From positions 32,001-96,000 of the IMG/VR virus record IMGVR_UViG_3300020577_012633: DNA of 64,000 bases; one strand, written 5' to 3'. Source of the DNA: a virus (Duplodnaviria > Caudoviricetes). Made by a program: the position numbers and the translations under genes. This document shows positions 17,829 through 27,045 of this stretch, piece by piece (position 1 is the stretch's first letter; each line of letters starts with the position of its first letter). The notes under the pieces are model-generated. The model was not told the origin of the DNA. It ran no database searches and saw nothing but the letters and a program-made list of their open reading frames with translations.

Positions 17829-18050
17829 TTACTTCTTTCTTTTTATGTGTTCTCTTTTTAAGAGAATATTCTTAACTTCTTGAATGTTTTTTGCTCGTTT
17901 ATCGTTTTCGTTATTGAACCTATCCAGTTCGTATTTATCTAAACTATCTGTATTATAATTTTTGCGCGGATAAGGAAGGCTTTTTTTGTACGCTATCAAT
18001 CGAGAAGTAGATAACTTTTCTAATTCTTCTCTTGAAAGGATCTTCTTCAT
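17829..18050 (-). CDS. hypothetical protein
   Basis: 73 aa ORF. Confidence 0.6.
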   Translation of the reverse strand: MKKILSREELEKLSTSRLIAYKKSLPYPRKNYNTDSLDKYELDRFNNENDKRAKNIQEVKNILLKREHIKRKK

Positions 18051-18053
18051 AAG

Positions 18054-18127
18054 TGAGGCAGGCGGGACTTGAACCCGCTAGGACATGATTGAAAGTCATG
18101 GCACTCGACCACTTTGTATTCTGCCCC
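18054..18127 (-). tRNA. tRNA-Glu(TTC), atypical D arm
   Basis: GGGGCAG/CTGCCTC, CATGA-CTTTCAA-TCATG, GCGGG-TTCAAGT-CCCGC; A at position 8 and a weak D stem. Confidence 0.8.
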
Positions 18128-18131
18128 GAAA

Positions 18132-18206
18132 TGACCCTGGAGGAATTTGAATCCTCGTTACCGCCGTGAAAGGGCGATGTCCTAAACCAGTCTAGACGAC
18201 AGGGCC
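18132..18206 (-). tRNA. tRNA-Glu(TTC)
   Basis: GGCCCTG/CAGGGTC, TCGCC-CTTTCAC-GGCGG. Confidence 0.93.
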
Positions 18207-18223
18207 AAATATATTCAATTGAA

Positions 18224-18295
18224 TGACCCTGACGGGATTCGAACCCGTACTTTCTGACTGAGAATCAGAAATCCTAGCCGTTAGACGACAGGGCC
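18224..18295 (-). tRNA. tRNA-Glu(CTC)
   Basis: GGCCCTG/CAGGGTC, TCTGA-TTCTCAG-TCAGA, ACGGG-TTCGAAT-CCCGT. Confidence 0.93.
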
Positions 18296-18433
18296 AAAAT
18301 AAATCAGTTTTAGGTCTGTTGCTCAAGCCTTTAGGCGAGCCGAACCGCTTCCTTGCGCCTTTTACTGGCGTTCTAGGAAGTTCCTCTGTTCAGATTCTTT
18401 GAGGTTGCGGTTCATGGTAATATCCTTATACAA

Positions 18434-18462
18434 AGGATATCGGCTGAATTCCTCTGTGTCAA
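18434..18462 (-). promoter_or_regulatory. putative promoter for the tRNA-Glu cluster
   Basis: TTGACA-N17-TATCCT overlapping a GCCGATA element. Confidence 0.6.
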
Positions 18463-18470
18463 GTCAAAAA

Positions 18471-18857
18471 TCACCAAACGTCAGCAATTTTTATAGTTGG
18501 ATTTTTCTCCACATCAACAGATTCGCCAATCTTCAGCTCTCCAAAAGTGGAAGCATTTACTTCATAATAAGATCTATAATGAATTTTGCTATTATTCGGT
18601 AAAACTTCAATATTTTCAAGTGTTATGATAAACATTTCCGGAGTTTTTGCATAAACGCCGAAATCATAAAGCTGACCATTAACCAACCTGTTTTGTAATA
18701 CATTTAAAACTTTATGATTTGTAGGAGAAACAAAATTCTTTTCAATCAATGTTCCTTTTGTAATAGCAGGACTGGCTACTTTATATTGCTCAGTAGGCAT
18801 GTCGCAACCATTTATTATGGTTATAGCCAAAAGAGCAAAAGGAGCTAACTTTTTCAT
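18471..18857 (-). CDS. putative lipoprotein
   Basis: MKK + hydrophobic core + INGC lipobox-like site. Confidence 0.65.
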   Translation of the reverse strand: MKKLAPFALLAITIINGCDMPTEQYKVASPAITKGTLIEKNFVSPTNHKVLNVLQNRLVNGQLYDFGVYAKTPEMFIITLENIEVLPNNSKIHYRSYYEVNASTFGELKIGESVDVEKNPTIKIADVW

Positions 18858-19135
18858 TGCAGGTATTCCTTGAAGTCTAAATCTGATTTACGCTGTTGAA
18901 TTGTGGGAACGTTGTATATTTTATCAAAATGACAAAAATAACAGTTTGCATGTCCACAATCTAATGGGTGACGATTTCTACACTGTCCTATTCTTTTTTC
19001 AGGTATTTCGTATAATAAGCCTTTTATCTTACGAGAACTATACATTCTTTTAAGAAAAGCGATTCTTTTACGAACGATCTTGCTGGTACGATACAGTCTT
19101 TCTGCTTTTTTCATTACGGTTCTCCATGCGCCCAT
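18854..19135 (-). CDS. basic Cys/His-rich hypothetical protein
   Basis: HPLDCGHANCYFCH. Confidence 0.65.
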   Translation of the reverse strand: MGAWRTVMKKAERLYRTSKIVRKRIAFLKRMYSSRKIKGLLYEIPEKRIGQCRNRHPLDCGHANCYFCHFDKIYNVPTIQQRKSDLDFKEYLQ

Positions 19136-19189
19136 GCGAATTATTTCGCATGGGCATTGTCATGAAGAACTGGTTTTCAATTAAGTGTT

Positions 19190-20164
19190 TCATTGTAAAA
19201 AATAAACTCCGCCATTTTCGGCCCTGAAAACTAAACCTTTTTGCTTTATATATTTTGCAATAGCAGGAGGAACAAACTTTTCCCAAGAATAATCTCTATT
19301 TTGTACCTTTTCCCTAATGTCTGTTGCAGAAATACCTGCAATGTTTTCTGGAACTTTGTATTCATTTACTGCATAGCCTACATTCCTTCCTATGTTGACA
19401 CTTTCAATATCAGGTATTGGTATAACCTGAACATCTTCGCCTACATAGGTTGCTCGTATCATATCCACTCTTTCTTTCACAGTAAATGGGTTTTTTTCAT
19501 CAATCGGAGTATCCCTTACTGCAATAAGAACTGGAATACCTTCGTCCAATTTTTGACGAATAATGAAATCGTGTCCATTATGAAATGGTTGCCAACGTCC
19601 AATAAACAATGCTCTAGGAGAAGAAAATAATGGAAAAATATTTAAGCTTGTAATATGTAAAATTATTTCATTTACGCATTGATCTAACGTCAAAGAGTCA
19701 GTTTTAAGATGAATATCAGGATTTGTAGGAGGTTCATACGGGTCATTTATTCCAGTGAAATTTGATATTTCACCTGCCAAAGCTTTCTTATAAAGACCCT
19801 TTACATCTCTTTTGATACATTCTTCAACCGGGGCATCAACAAACACTTCAACGAAAGTGCAACCTTCAGCTTCTACGGCTTTGCGGGCATGTTCTCTCAT
19901 TACAGCGTATGGAGATATAAGACTGACAACGGCAATACCGCCATGCTTAACAATCTTAGATGCCAGGAAAGAAACAGTTTTACCGTTTTCTATCCTATCT
20001 TCCTTAGAGAAGCCTAGCGATTTTGTATACATCGCTCTAAGCAGGTCTCCATCAAGAAGGTCATGTTTAATACCTTCATCCTCAAGATATTGGCATATTT
20101 CTTGAGCTATTGTCGTTTTACCAGAAGAGGGAAGTCCAGTTAACCATATGCAGCATCCTGACAT
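19190..20164 (-). CDS. cysC: adenylyl-sulfate kinase fused to an HxGH nucleotidyltransferase
   Basis: WLTGLPSSGKTT, LDGD, SLISPY, RDVKGLYKKA, FTGINDPYEPP; C-terminal FIGRWQPFHNGH and ISATDIR. Confidence 0.92.
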   Translation of the reverse strand: MSGCCIWLTGLPSSGKTTIAQEICQYLEDEGIKHDLLDGDLLRAMYTKSLGFSKEDRIENGKTVSFLASKIVKHGGIAVVSLISPYAVMREHARKAVEAEGCTFVEVFVDAPVEECIKRDVKGLYKKALAGEISNFTGINDPYEPPTNPDIHLKTDSLTLDQCVNEIILHITSLNIFPLFSSPRALFIGRWQPFHNGHDFIIRQKLDEGIPVLIAVRDTPIDEKNPFTVKERVDMIRATYVGEDVQVIPIPDIESVNIGRNVGYAVNEYKVPENIAGISATDIREKVQNRDYSWEKFVPPAIAKYIKQKGLVFRAENGGVYFLQ

Positions 20165-20184
20165 GTTTTGTTCCTTTTCCTTTT

Positions 20185-20191
20185 TATCGGC
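20185..20191 (-). promoter_or_regulatory. GCCGATA element upstream of cysC
   Basis: GCCGATAA 20 nt before the ATG. Confidence 0.5.
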
Positions 20192-20216
20192 AAAGAAACA
20201 AAACTGATTTTTAGTA

Positions 20217-20738
20217 TCACTTACTTTTAAGTATTTCTTGACGCATTTTCACCCATTCTCTCATTTCGTCTTTCGCCACTTGAATATCAAAGAAATATCG
20301 AGAGAAGCCTTCTTGTTCGTCAGGAGACTCACAGCAAAGTCCATCAACCCCGACAATCCATCTTCCTCGATCGCAATAAGAAGGTCTCTGAGTAATCCAA
20401 ATTAACCATTCACCTTTTACCCCGTTTACCATAACAGGAAATTTAGCATACCAGGTTAAATCTCTTGAAACCCATTCCCAACTTATTCCAAGTTCTTTAT
20501 CAGGTTCATCTGTAGCATGATGAATATTGTGCAATGAATAATCAAGAATAGTCCATCCAAACAATTCAAATTTCAATTTGAATTGCGGAGTATGATCTAT
20601 CTCTTTATTAATTTCAATCCAGGTTGAAAAATTGAAAAAAGACCCTAGTTTTTGAAACAGGGTCAATTCAGTTGAGTAGTTCTTTCCAAGCATTGTTGAA
20701 AAGAACAATAGTTTTCCATCAAGAAAAGAAAATTTCAT
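20217..20738 (-). CDS. hypothetical protein
   Basis: RPSYCDRGRW...RYFF. Confidence 0.65.
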   Translation of the reverse strand: MKFSFLDGKLLFFSTMLGKNYSTELTLFQKLGSFFNFSTWIEINKEIDHTPQFKLKFELFGWTILDYSLHNIHHATDEPDKELGISWEWVSRDLTWYAKFPVMVNGVKGEWLIWITQRPSYCDRGRWIVGVDGLCCESPDEQEGFSRYFFDIQVAKDEMREWVKMRQEILKSK

Positions 20739-21013
20739 GGTTCATCCATTAGACATTCGGAAAGAGAACTTGCAACTCCCCATATAGCAGCAACCGCTAT
20801 ATCAACAAGTTCATCTCTTCTTTCGGGAGTTTCTTTTTGAACTTCAACCAGAAGTTCATGATGTTCTTCGTTGATCTTTCCAAGGATTTCGTGCCATGAA
20901 ACAAATCCGCCATTCCCATGCTTGTCTATGGCTTTTTTCAGCCTTGCTCTAGCGAGTTTGAATGCTGCTTCAAACGAGGCTTTATTGATTGGAGGGCGAA
21001 TAGGCTTCGGCAT
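20735..21013 (-). CDS. MazG-like all-alpha NTP pyrophosphohydrolase
   Basis: EEHHEL..E..RDELVDIAVAA (EExxE / ExxD pattern). Confidence 0.65.
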   Translation of the reverse strand: MPKPIRPPINKASFEAAFKLARARLKKAIDKHGNGGFVSWHEILGKINEEHHELLVEVQKETPERRDELVDIAVAAIWGVASSLSECLMDEP

Positions 21014-21392
21014 TAGAGAAATCCTTGAATAAGCATTGAGGCAATCCTTCTACCTCATTGTAGCCCAAGCCTTTTAGTTTGTCCATAATGATTGGGTTCA
21101 AAATTGATTCAACGTATACACAACAATTTCTTCTCGTTGCATCAACTTCACACGCTTTCAGTATTGAAGAAAAAACTCCTTTTCTTTGTTTGTCAGGAGA
21201 GACATCTATAGATGCTATGTCGATAGACGTTCTTTTTTTGCCATTTATATACCTTAGAGTAATCCTCAGGTACAATTTATACCCAAGAGATTCATTCTCA
21301 AACCATCCTCGTAATATAGGACCAAATTTGGGAGTTTTTATAGGTACAGATTCTAAAATGTTTTTAATACCAGAAAATACTTGATTATTCAT
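20982..21392 (-). CDS. GNAT-like acetyltransferase
   Basis: IDIASIDVSPDKQRKGVF (Q/RxxG acetyl-CoA motif), LGY. Confidence 0.65.
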   Translation of the reverse strand: MNNQVFSGIKNILESVPIKTPKFGPILRGWFENESLGYKLYLRITLRYINGKKRTSIDIASIDVSPDKQRKGVFSSILKACEVDATRRNCCVYVESILNPIIMDKLKGLGYNEVEGLPQCLFKDFSNAEAYSPSNQ

Positions 21393-21705
21393 TTACAAGA
21401 TCCTCTGGTGGGTCAAAATGATTACGAGGAACTGACAAAGCTATTGATATTTTCACTAGAGCAATATTGGATGGGCTTATTTCTGCGTTTGTTATTTTTA
21501 CTATATATTCTTCTGGTAAACCTGAAAGTAAGGATAGCATTCCGGTGCTAAACTTATTTTCATCCATGATAGTTGTGATTTTTCTGGAAATCCACATCTT
21601 CCATGCCAAGAATTTTTCACTTGGAGGATTACTTCCAAAATTGTCAAACGAATTAATTTGATCGTCCATAAGAATCCAATCTAGCCGCATCTTGGGAAAT
21701 TGCAA
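21385..21705 (-). CDS. XRE-family HTH protein
   Basis: LSLLSGL..YIVKI....SPS..LVKISIALSV. Confidence 0.6.
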   Translation of the reverse strand: MQFPKMRLDWILMDDQINSFDNFGSNPPSEKFLAWKMWISRKITTIMDENKFSTGMLSLLSGLPEEYIVKITNAEISPSNIALVKISIALSVPRNHFDPPEDLVNE

Positions 21706-21708
21706 GCT

Positions 21709-22380
21709 TTATTTTTTAGAATTACTGTCAGTCGAATCAAAAGACAGGTCTTCAGCGACTCCTCTAAAGACAAAGTTGGATACATATTGATAGGAACTAG
21801 AAACAAGGCGGTACATGGTTTCCCAGATACGACGGAAAACATCATCCATCAAAGACCAAAATGCGACAAAAGGCCAGTATCCCATCCAACCTATAATGCG
21901 GGCCTTATTATCCTTAGCACTGGGAATGATTTCTGCAATTCTAACTGGAGTTGGCTTAAAATCATCTTGTTCAAAATGATTCTTATGGGGATACTTTGAA
22001 CGAAGATGACGAATCCATTCATTCTTCAAATTATCTGGAATTGATTTTTCGCCTTTTTGTCCATTACGTTCAAGAAAATTTTCTTTTATTTCATCAAATG
22101 AATCTCTGGCGTCTCGAACATAGAAGTACCATTTTAGAAAAGAAGTAATCAATGCTCCAAGCAGGTAGGCGATTCCTCCGTAAATCAAAACTTGTTTATT
22201 TTCAGTGAAGAATGACCATTTTACTCCGCTAAACGCGAACAGAATGGCAAAGAATCCAAGTACGGTAAAGAAAGCAATACTGAATTTTTCATATACAACC
22301 TGAGAAAGCACTGCAATAAAAAATACAGCGACCAAAACCCAGAAGAATACTCCACCAAAAGTGAAAAGTTCATAGATCAT
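21709..22380 (-). CDS. multi-pass membrane protein
   Basis: Three N-terminal TM helices, NKARIIGWMGYWP. Confidence 0.75.
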   Translation of the reverse strand: MIYELFTFGGVFFWVLVAVFFIAVLSQVVYEKFSIAFFTVLGFFAILFAFSGVKWSFFTENKQVLIYGGIAYLLGALITSFLKWYFYVRDARDSFDEIKENFLERNGQKGEKSIPDNLKNEWIRHLRSKYPHKNHFEQDDFKPTPVRIAEIIPSAKDNKARIIGWMGYWPFVAFWSLMDDVFRRIWETMYRLVSSSYQYVSNFVFRGVAEDLSFDSTDSNSKK

Positions 22381-22383
22381 GTT

Positions 22384-23370
22384 TTATCTCTTAACCCCTG
22401 CCGTTCTTACGAAGAGTTCACTAACAGACAGGTTGTTATGAACTCTATAAATGGCTTCTGCAAGAAGTTGACTTACGCACAAGTCAATAAACTTCTCACA
22501 GACACGAGATGCATTTGATGCGGTCGGTATAGTGTTTGTTGTTACTATCTGGTTGATGGGACTTGCTACAAGCCTTTCAATTGCAGGACCAGAAAACAAG
22601 CCATGAGTTGCGCCTGCAATTATCTTTACCGCCCCTTCATTCATGACAAGATTAGCAGCTTCACAAACTGTTCCTGCTGTTGAAATCATGTCATCAAACA
22701 TTAGGACAGTTTTGCCTTTTACATCACCAATAATACGACGATCAATAGACACTTTAGATCCACTAACTCTCTTTTTATTGATAATCGCAAGATCACCATC
22801 AAGCATATTAGCCATAGCTTCTGCGACCTTGACATTTCCAACATCAGGAGAAACTAGGCAAAGATCTCCAAGTTCTTCTCTATTCTTAGTAAAATACTCA
22901 AGAAATACTGGAGTTGCGCTCAAGTGATCAACTGGGATATCAAAGAAACCTTGAATCTGCGCCGCATGCAAATCAATAGCAATGATTCTATCTGCGCCTG
23001 CTTCTGTTAATAGGTTCGCAACCATTTTAGCAGTAATTGGCACTCGTCCTTTATCTTTACGATCTTGACGACCATATCCAAAATAAGGTATAACAGGAAT
23101 AATCTGCTTCGCAGACGATCTGCGAAGGCAATCAATAAATATCATCAATTCCATCAAATTGTCATTTGTTGGATTTGAAGTTGAAAGTATGACGAAGCAA
23201 TCTCTTCCTCTTACATCTTCATCAATACTTACTATTATTTCGCTGTCAGGGAATATTTCTGTTCTGGACTTACCAACATCTATCATCAAGTGGTCACAAG
23301 TCTTAGTAGCAAGATTGGACGAATGTAGACCAGAAAATACTTTAACTTTATTTTGGCTAAGATTCTTCAT
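22384..23370 (-). CDS. prs: ribose-phosphate pyrophosphokinase (PRPP synthetase)
   Basis: FPDSE, PYFGYGRQDRK, DLHAAQIQGFFDIP, VSPDVG, DDMISTAGT, ATHG. Confidence 0.96.
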   Translation of the reverse strand: MKNLSQNKVKVFSGLHSSNLATKTCDHLMIDVGKSRTEIFPDSEIIVSIDEDVRGRDCFVILSTSNPTNDNLMELMIFIDCLRRSSAKQIIPVIPYFGYGRQDRKDKGRVPITAKMVANLLTEAGADRIIAIDLHAAQIQGFFDIPVDHLSATPVFLEYFTKNREELGDLCLVSPDVGNVKVAEAMANMLDGDLAIINKKRVSGSKVSIDRRIIGDVKGKTVLMFDDMISTAGTVCEAANLVMNEGAVKIIAGATHGLFSGPAIERLVASPINQIVTTNTIPTASNASRVCEKFIDLCVSQLLAEAIYRVHNNLSVSELFVRTAGVKR

Positions 23371-23438
23371 ATGCCTTCTTTCTTTTTTGATGATCTCTCA
23401 AAGGCGTATCGCCTATAAGCGAAAAGAAAGCATTCCTT

Positions 23439-24419
23439 TTACACAAGACAATTAAAGAATCTACGAGCCTCAGATGCAAAGGGTTTTACATCATCAGGGA
23501 AGGGATTCATTACGTTAAGAAGTTCAATGCCAGCTTGAGCGTATCTTTTTACTCTTTCAGGCTTCCAGTCCCATATTGCATCAGCAAGATTGTCATATCT
23601 ATCAGCAAGTTTAACTCGCTTAGCAATGTCATTGTAGTGTTTCGCATGCTCAAGCATGGAAGCTGTTTTTACCTGAAAACTTGTTCCGTCAGGAACAATA
23701 TTTGTGAGCTGCATAACAGCTTCTAAAACATTTTTACCAGCAACTTTTTCTATTTCTTCAGGAGTGATTTTAGTATCTTCAATAAGGTCATGGCAATAAG
23801 CAGTAGCCAATACTTCCTCATCTTGTATGCCGCAATTTTTGAGACGATTAACGACAGAAATAGGATGGGTTATATAAGGCTTTCCATTACTACGAGATTG
23901 GCCTTCATGTCCTCTTGTAGCAAGAGCCTGAACTTTTTCCAGGTATGTCTGTGGAGCAATAACTACTGATTTATTTTCATCAACACTAAGAAGATTCATA
24001 ATATGATTTTTGATTTGCTCTGGTGTTATTCCAATATCTTTAAAAAGAATTGAAGTAAGACCGTATTCAATTCTTGCCATTCCGAGCAGGATATGCTCAG
24101 TACCAATGTAATTATGATTCAATTCTTTAGCTGATTCTAGAGCTTCTAGAATAACTTTTTTCGCATGAGGAGTTTGAGGCAGATTCCTACTAAATACCGT
24201 AGGCTCTCCTGCTGGAACTACAAGTTTTGCGATTCTTGATCGCAAATCTTCCAACTGTATTCCCATGTTCTTTAGAACGTGAGCGGCGACTCCTGAACCC
24301 TCCTTGAGAAGTCCAATCAATATATGTTCAGGAGCTAGATACTCAAATCCAAGATTTGAAGCTTCAGATTGTGAAAACGCCATGACTTTTCTTGCGCGAT
24401 CAGTAAATCTCTCGTACAT
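23439..24419 (-). CDS. ClpC-type N-terminal domain fused to a RelA/SpoT-like HD (small alarmone hydrolase) domain
   Basis: MYERFTDRARKV..EHILIGL..HNYIGTEHILLG; then HEGQSRSNGKPYITHP, HDLIEDT, VKLADRYDNL. Confidence 0.88.
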   Translation of the reverse strand: MYERFTDRARKVMAFSQSEASNLGFEYLAPEHILIGLLKEGSGVAAHVLKNMGIQLEDLRSRIAKLVVPAGEPTVFSRNLPQTPHAKKVILEALESAKELNHNYIGTEHILLGMARIEYGLTSILFKDIGITPEQIKNHIMNLLSVDENKSVVIAPQTYLEKVQALATRGHEGQSRSNGKPYITHPISVVNRLKNCGIQDEEVLATAYCHDLIEDTKITPEEIEKVAGKNVLEAVMQLTNIVPDGTSFQVKTASMLEHAKHYNDIAKRVKLADRYDNLADAIWDWKPERVKRYAQAGIELLNVMNPFPDDVKPFASEARRFFNCLV

Positions 24420-24456
24420 GATTCACTATTCCTTTATACAGATAAAATCTTGCAAA

Positions 24457-24466
24457 AAGTCTAGAG
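24457..24466 (-). promoter_or_regulatory. CTCTAGACTT motif (copy 4)
   Basis: Overlaps the upstream stop codon; precedes the ClpN-HD gene. Confidence 0.6.
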
Positions 24467-24925
24467 GCGAGTTTTGAGCCAATCTTTTATTTGGATATTT
24501 AAAGATTCCAGACTTTCAACAACCTGTATCTCAGGATTTCTCAATCTCAATTGTATGCGAACATCTCTTATTCTTGCATAAGCAGGATCACAACCAACAA
24601 AGATTTTTTGGTTAGGGTTTTTATGACAAACAGTACCTAACTCAAATAGAGTAATAGGGCAAAAAGTTTGCGGGGTAAACCAAAAAGAAATAGCATCTGC
24701 CTTTATCAGATGAAAATGTTCCCAGGTTATCTGTTCTTCTTCCATTTCTTTATTGGAAGAATCAAAGTCATTTCTTCTTGGATTAAAAATGACAAGATCT
24801 TCTCCAGAAAGCATTTTCACAAGATTTTCTTGCCAATCTGGAGTGGAAGATATGCCTCCCGCCATAAAAAGGGTTGGAAGTTTGTTGTAATTGTAATATC
24901 TTGCTGGAGCTTTTATTTGAAACAT
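24461..24925 (-). CDS. nucleoside 2-deoxyribosyltransferase-like protein
   Basis: LFMAGGI..WQ, FNPRR, QITWE, CPITLFELG. Confidence 0.85.
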   Translation of the reverse strand: MFQIKAPARYYNYNKLPTLFMAGGISSTPDWQENLVKMLSGEDLVIFNPRRNDFDSSNKEMEEEQITWEHFHLIKADAISFWFTPQTFCPITLFELGTVCHKNPNQKIFVGCDPAYARIRDVRIQLRLRNPEIQVVESLESLNIQIKDWLKTRL

Positions 24926-24929
24926 TTGA

Positions 24930-25841
24930 TTATGCTTTTAGCAAAGACTGTACGATATCGCTGATTGTTTCCTGTCTTATCTGGTTGATAAAAGTTTTAT
25001 TGCTACGATTCTTTTTGGAAGCAGCTACTTCAACAAATGCCGAAGGTACAGAAATTGTTTTCTGCTTAGACAAAACTATGGCTTCATCAAGAATGCCTGC
25101 CCATTCCAATCTTTCTTGGGCTTCTTGACTAATGTTTTTAGCAGTATCTGCAACTACAGCAACACTATCTGTAACATTAGTTGTTATTGAATTGATTCTG
25201 TCTTTTACAGAAGAAGGCAAAGAATCAACAGCATCTTTAATGGAGACTGGAATAGCTTGAGCAACTTGATTTACAGTATCAACAGCTATGTCTTTGAGAG
25301 ACTTTTTTGTTCTGCTTGTGTTTTTGCAACCGCAATTAGTTGGACCGCAAGCAGTATTAGTCTTTGCTGTATCAGTTTTGGCAAACTCATCAAGTGAAGC
25401 TTTGACTCTGCTGTAATTTATGCCAAAATATGAGAGGTACATTCCTGCACCAGTATGGGGAGATCTCAGCATTGCCAAAACAATATGATCAACATCAATT
25501 ACTGTCTTATTGGAATGCTTTCTTTCAATCTCTGCATCTTCAATAAGCTTATTCAGTTCTTGTGAAAATTGTACAATCCCAGTGAATGCACTTGTTGAAG
25601 GAAGAGAGGTTACAGACCTGCTCAATGCGTTCTGTAGATCGGCCAAGTTAGTATGTTTTGAACACGCAGAATGTATTGCCTGAATTAGAGGATTAGAACC
25701 GGCTACACAAAAAATGACATAAAGCAAGTGCTGAGGATATACATTTGGAGACGAATCATGTTGAGCCTTTGTATTTGCTATGTCAATAATAGTCTTGAGA
25801 AGAGGGGAAAATTGAGTTGTTTTATCAGTTTTGACAGACAT
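24930..25841 (-). CDS. Clp N-terminal repeat domain protein without ATPase
   Basis: Two repeats VYPQHLLY / IDVDHIVLAML; no Walker motifs. Confidence 0.7.
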   Translation of the reverse strand: MSVKTDKTTQFSPLLKTIIDIANTKAQHDSSPNVYPQHLLYVIFCVAGSNPLIQAIHSACSKHTNLADLQNALSRSVTSLPSTSAFTGIVQFSQELNKLIEDAEIERKHSNKTVIDVDHIVLAMLRSPHTGAGMYLSYFGINYSRVKASLDEFAKTDTAKTNTACGPTNCGCKNTSRTKKSLKDIAVDTVNQVAQAIPVSIKDAVDSLPSSVKDRINSITTNVTDSVAVVADTAKNISQEAQERLEWAGILDEAIVLSKQKTISVPSAFVEVAASKKNRSNKTFINQIRQETISDIVQSLLKA

Positions 25842-25854
25842 TTTTTACCTTTCT

Positions 25855-26304
25855 TTACCAGTCAGCTTGGCTGTGAGTTCCGAAATCTATGGCAACAAGT
25901 TTATTCTTCAAAATACCACAATTTGGAGCGGCGAAATCTCCGCCAAGCCCTATTTTACGAAGTTTTTTCTGAAGACCTGATTGTTGTCTTTTGAATATTA
26001 GGTCGTTATCTTTTACGCTAATTGCCTTTTCTGTTTCATATCCATAGCAAGGCTGATTATTATTAGTCGGTTCTTTTACGCAAACAAATTTACCTACTTG
26101 AGGTCCAAGCCCATGCTGAGCAGCCAATCTTTGTCTTTCATAGCTTTTATAAGCGATTGAGAAAGATTTATATAGTTTGAGGCCATATTTCCTGTTACCT
26201 AGTTTATAGAAATAAGCTTCTGCTCCGCTATCAGAATGAATACCAGAAATTTCTATAAGAGATATTTCTAAATCAGATAGTTTTTTGATCTTTTGAAGTG
26301 GCAT
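25855..26304 (-). CDS. minimal protein-kinase-like protein
   Basis: SGAEA, GLKLY, GLGP, GDFAAPNCG, LVAIDFG. Confidence 0.6.
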   Translation of the reverse strand: MPLQKIKKLSDLEISLIEISGIHSDSGAEAYFYKLGNRKYGLKLYKSFSIAYKSYERQRLAAQHGLGPQVGKFVCVKEPTNNNQPCYGYETEKAISVKDNDLIFKRQQSGLQKKLRKIGLGGDFAAPNCGILKNKLVAIDFGTHSQADW

Positions 26305-26359
26305 ATTTTCCTCGTTTATTTTTGGATCACGAGGAAATCGGAAAAGTTCAAACCACTTT

Positions 26360-26848
26360 TTATTCTATCACGCTATTTTGGTTTTCCGATCTAATCTCTT
26401 CTCTGATATCCATCCACGCTTTTCCTAACAGATTTTTACCACTTCCATCAGCGCCAATACCCCATATATAATCATACGGAGTGTCTTCTGCTATTATCTC
26501 ATCACCTGTAGAAAGCAATTCAAATTTTATATCATTATGCTGGTCAACTTTGTATCTAAGCGCATCTTTCATTATTTCATATTTTACGCTTTCCCAATCA
26601 GCTCTTATGGTAGGCATTTTAATTTCTGTGCCATTTTCTATGTAGGGCTTGTCATTAGATGCTATGTCTTTAGCTTCTCTGGGAGTTTTAAGCAAACGAA
26701 TTATTTCCTGAAATTTTGGGTCTTCAAATTTCTTTGATTGATAGTAATGCTCAGTAGTTGAATACATTTTACCATCAACAAGAATTGAATGTTTTGAGAA
26801 ATTGCTAAAACAACCGTATTTTTCTCTTGTTTTCCAGAATTTTATCAT
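26360..26848 (-). CDS. NADAR family protein (YbiA-like)
   Basis: FSNFS, TTEHYYQSKKF, WESVKYEIM, LLSTG, DYIWGIG..GSGKNLLGKAWM. Confidence 0.93.
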   Translation of the reverse strand: MIKFWKTREKYGCFSNFSKHSILVDGKMYSTTEHYYQSKKFEDPKFQEIIRLLKTPREAKDIASNDKPYIENGTEIKMPTIRADWESVKYEIMKDALRYKVDQHNDIKFELLSTGDEIIAEDTPYDYIWGIGADGSGKNLLGKAWMDIREEIRSENQNSVIE

Positions 26849-26853
26849 GTTAA

Positions 26854-27024
26854 TCAATCGTCTTTATTTGAACTGTTTTTTATATTTTCACGAAGAATCA
26901 TTTGAGATTCTCCATAGTTTAGAATTTGGAGTTCTCCCAATTCATCCTCTACAACAGCATTGCAATTAGAAAGATCAGTCCAGCATCCGCAATTTACATA
27001 GTGCTTATTGTGAAGCATTTTCAT
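26854..27024 (-). pseudogene. C-terminal fragment of an LpxH-like metallophosphoesterase
   Basis: 56-codon ORF MKMLHNKHYVNCGCWTDLSNCNAVVEDELGELQIL resembles the YxNxGDW..CxAxVE..G C-terminus. Confidence 0.4.
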
Positions 27025-27045
27025 TAGCAATTAATATTTTTCATT

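Noticed and set aside
9293-23370. Canonical adjacent Adps-Namat (NARP1) operon
   Set aside because: prs and nadV are ~11.5 kb apart and Prs keeps standard class I motifs; substrate specificity cannot be settled from sequence alone
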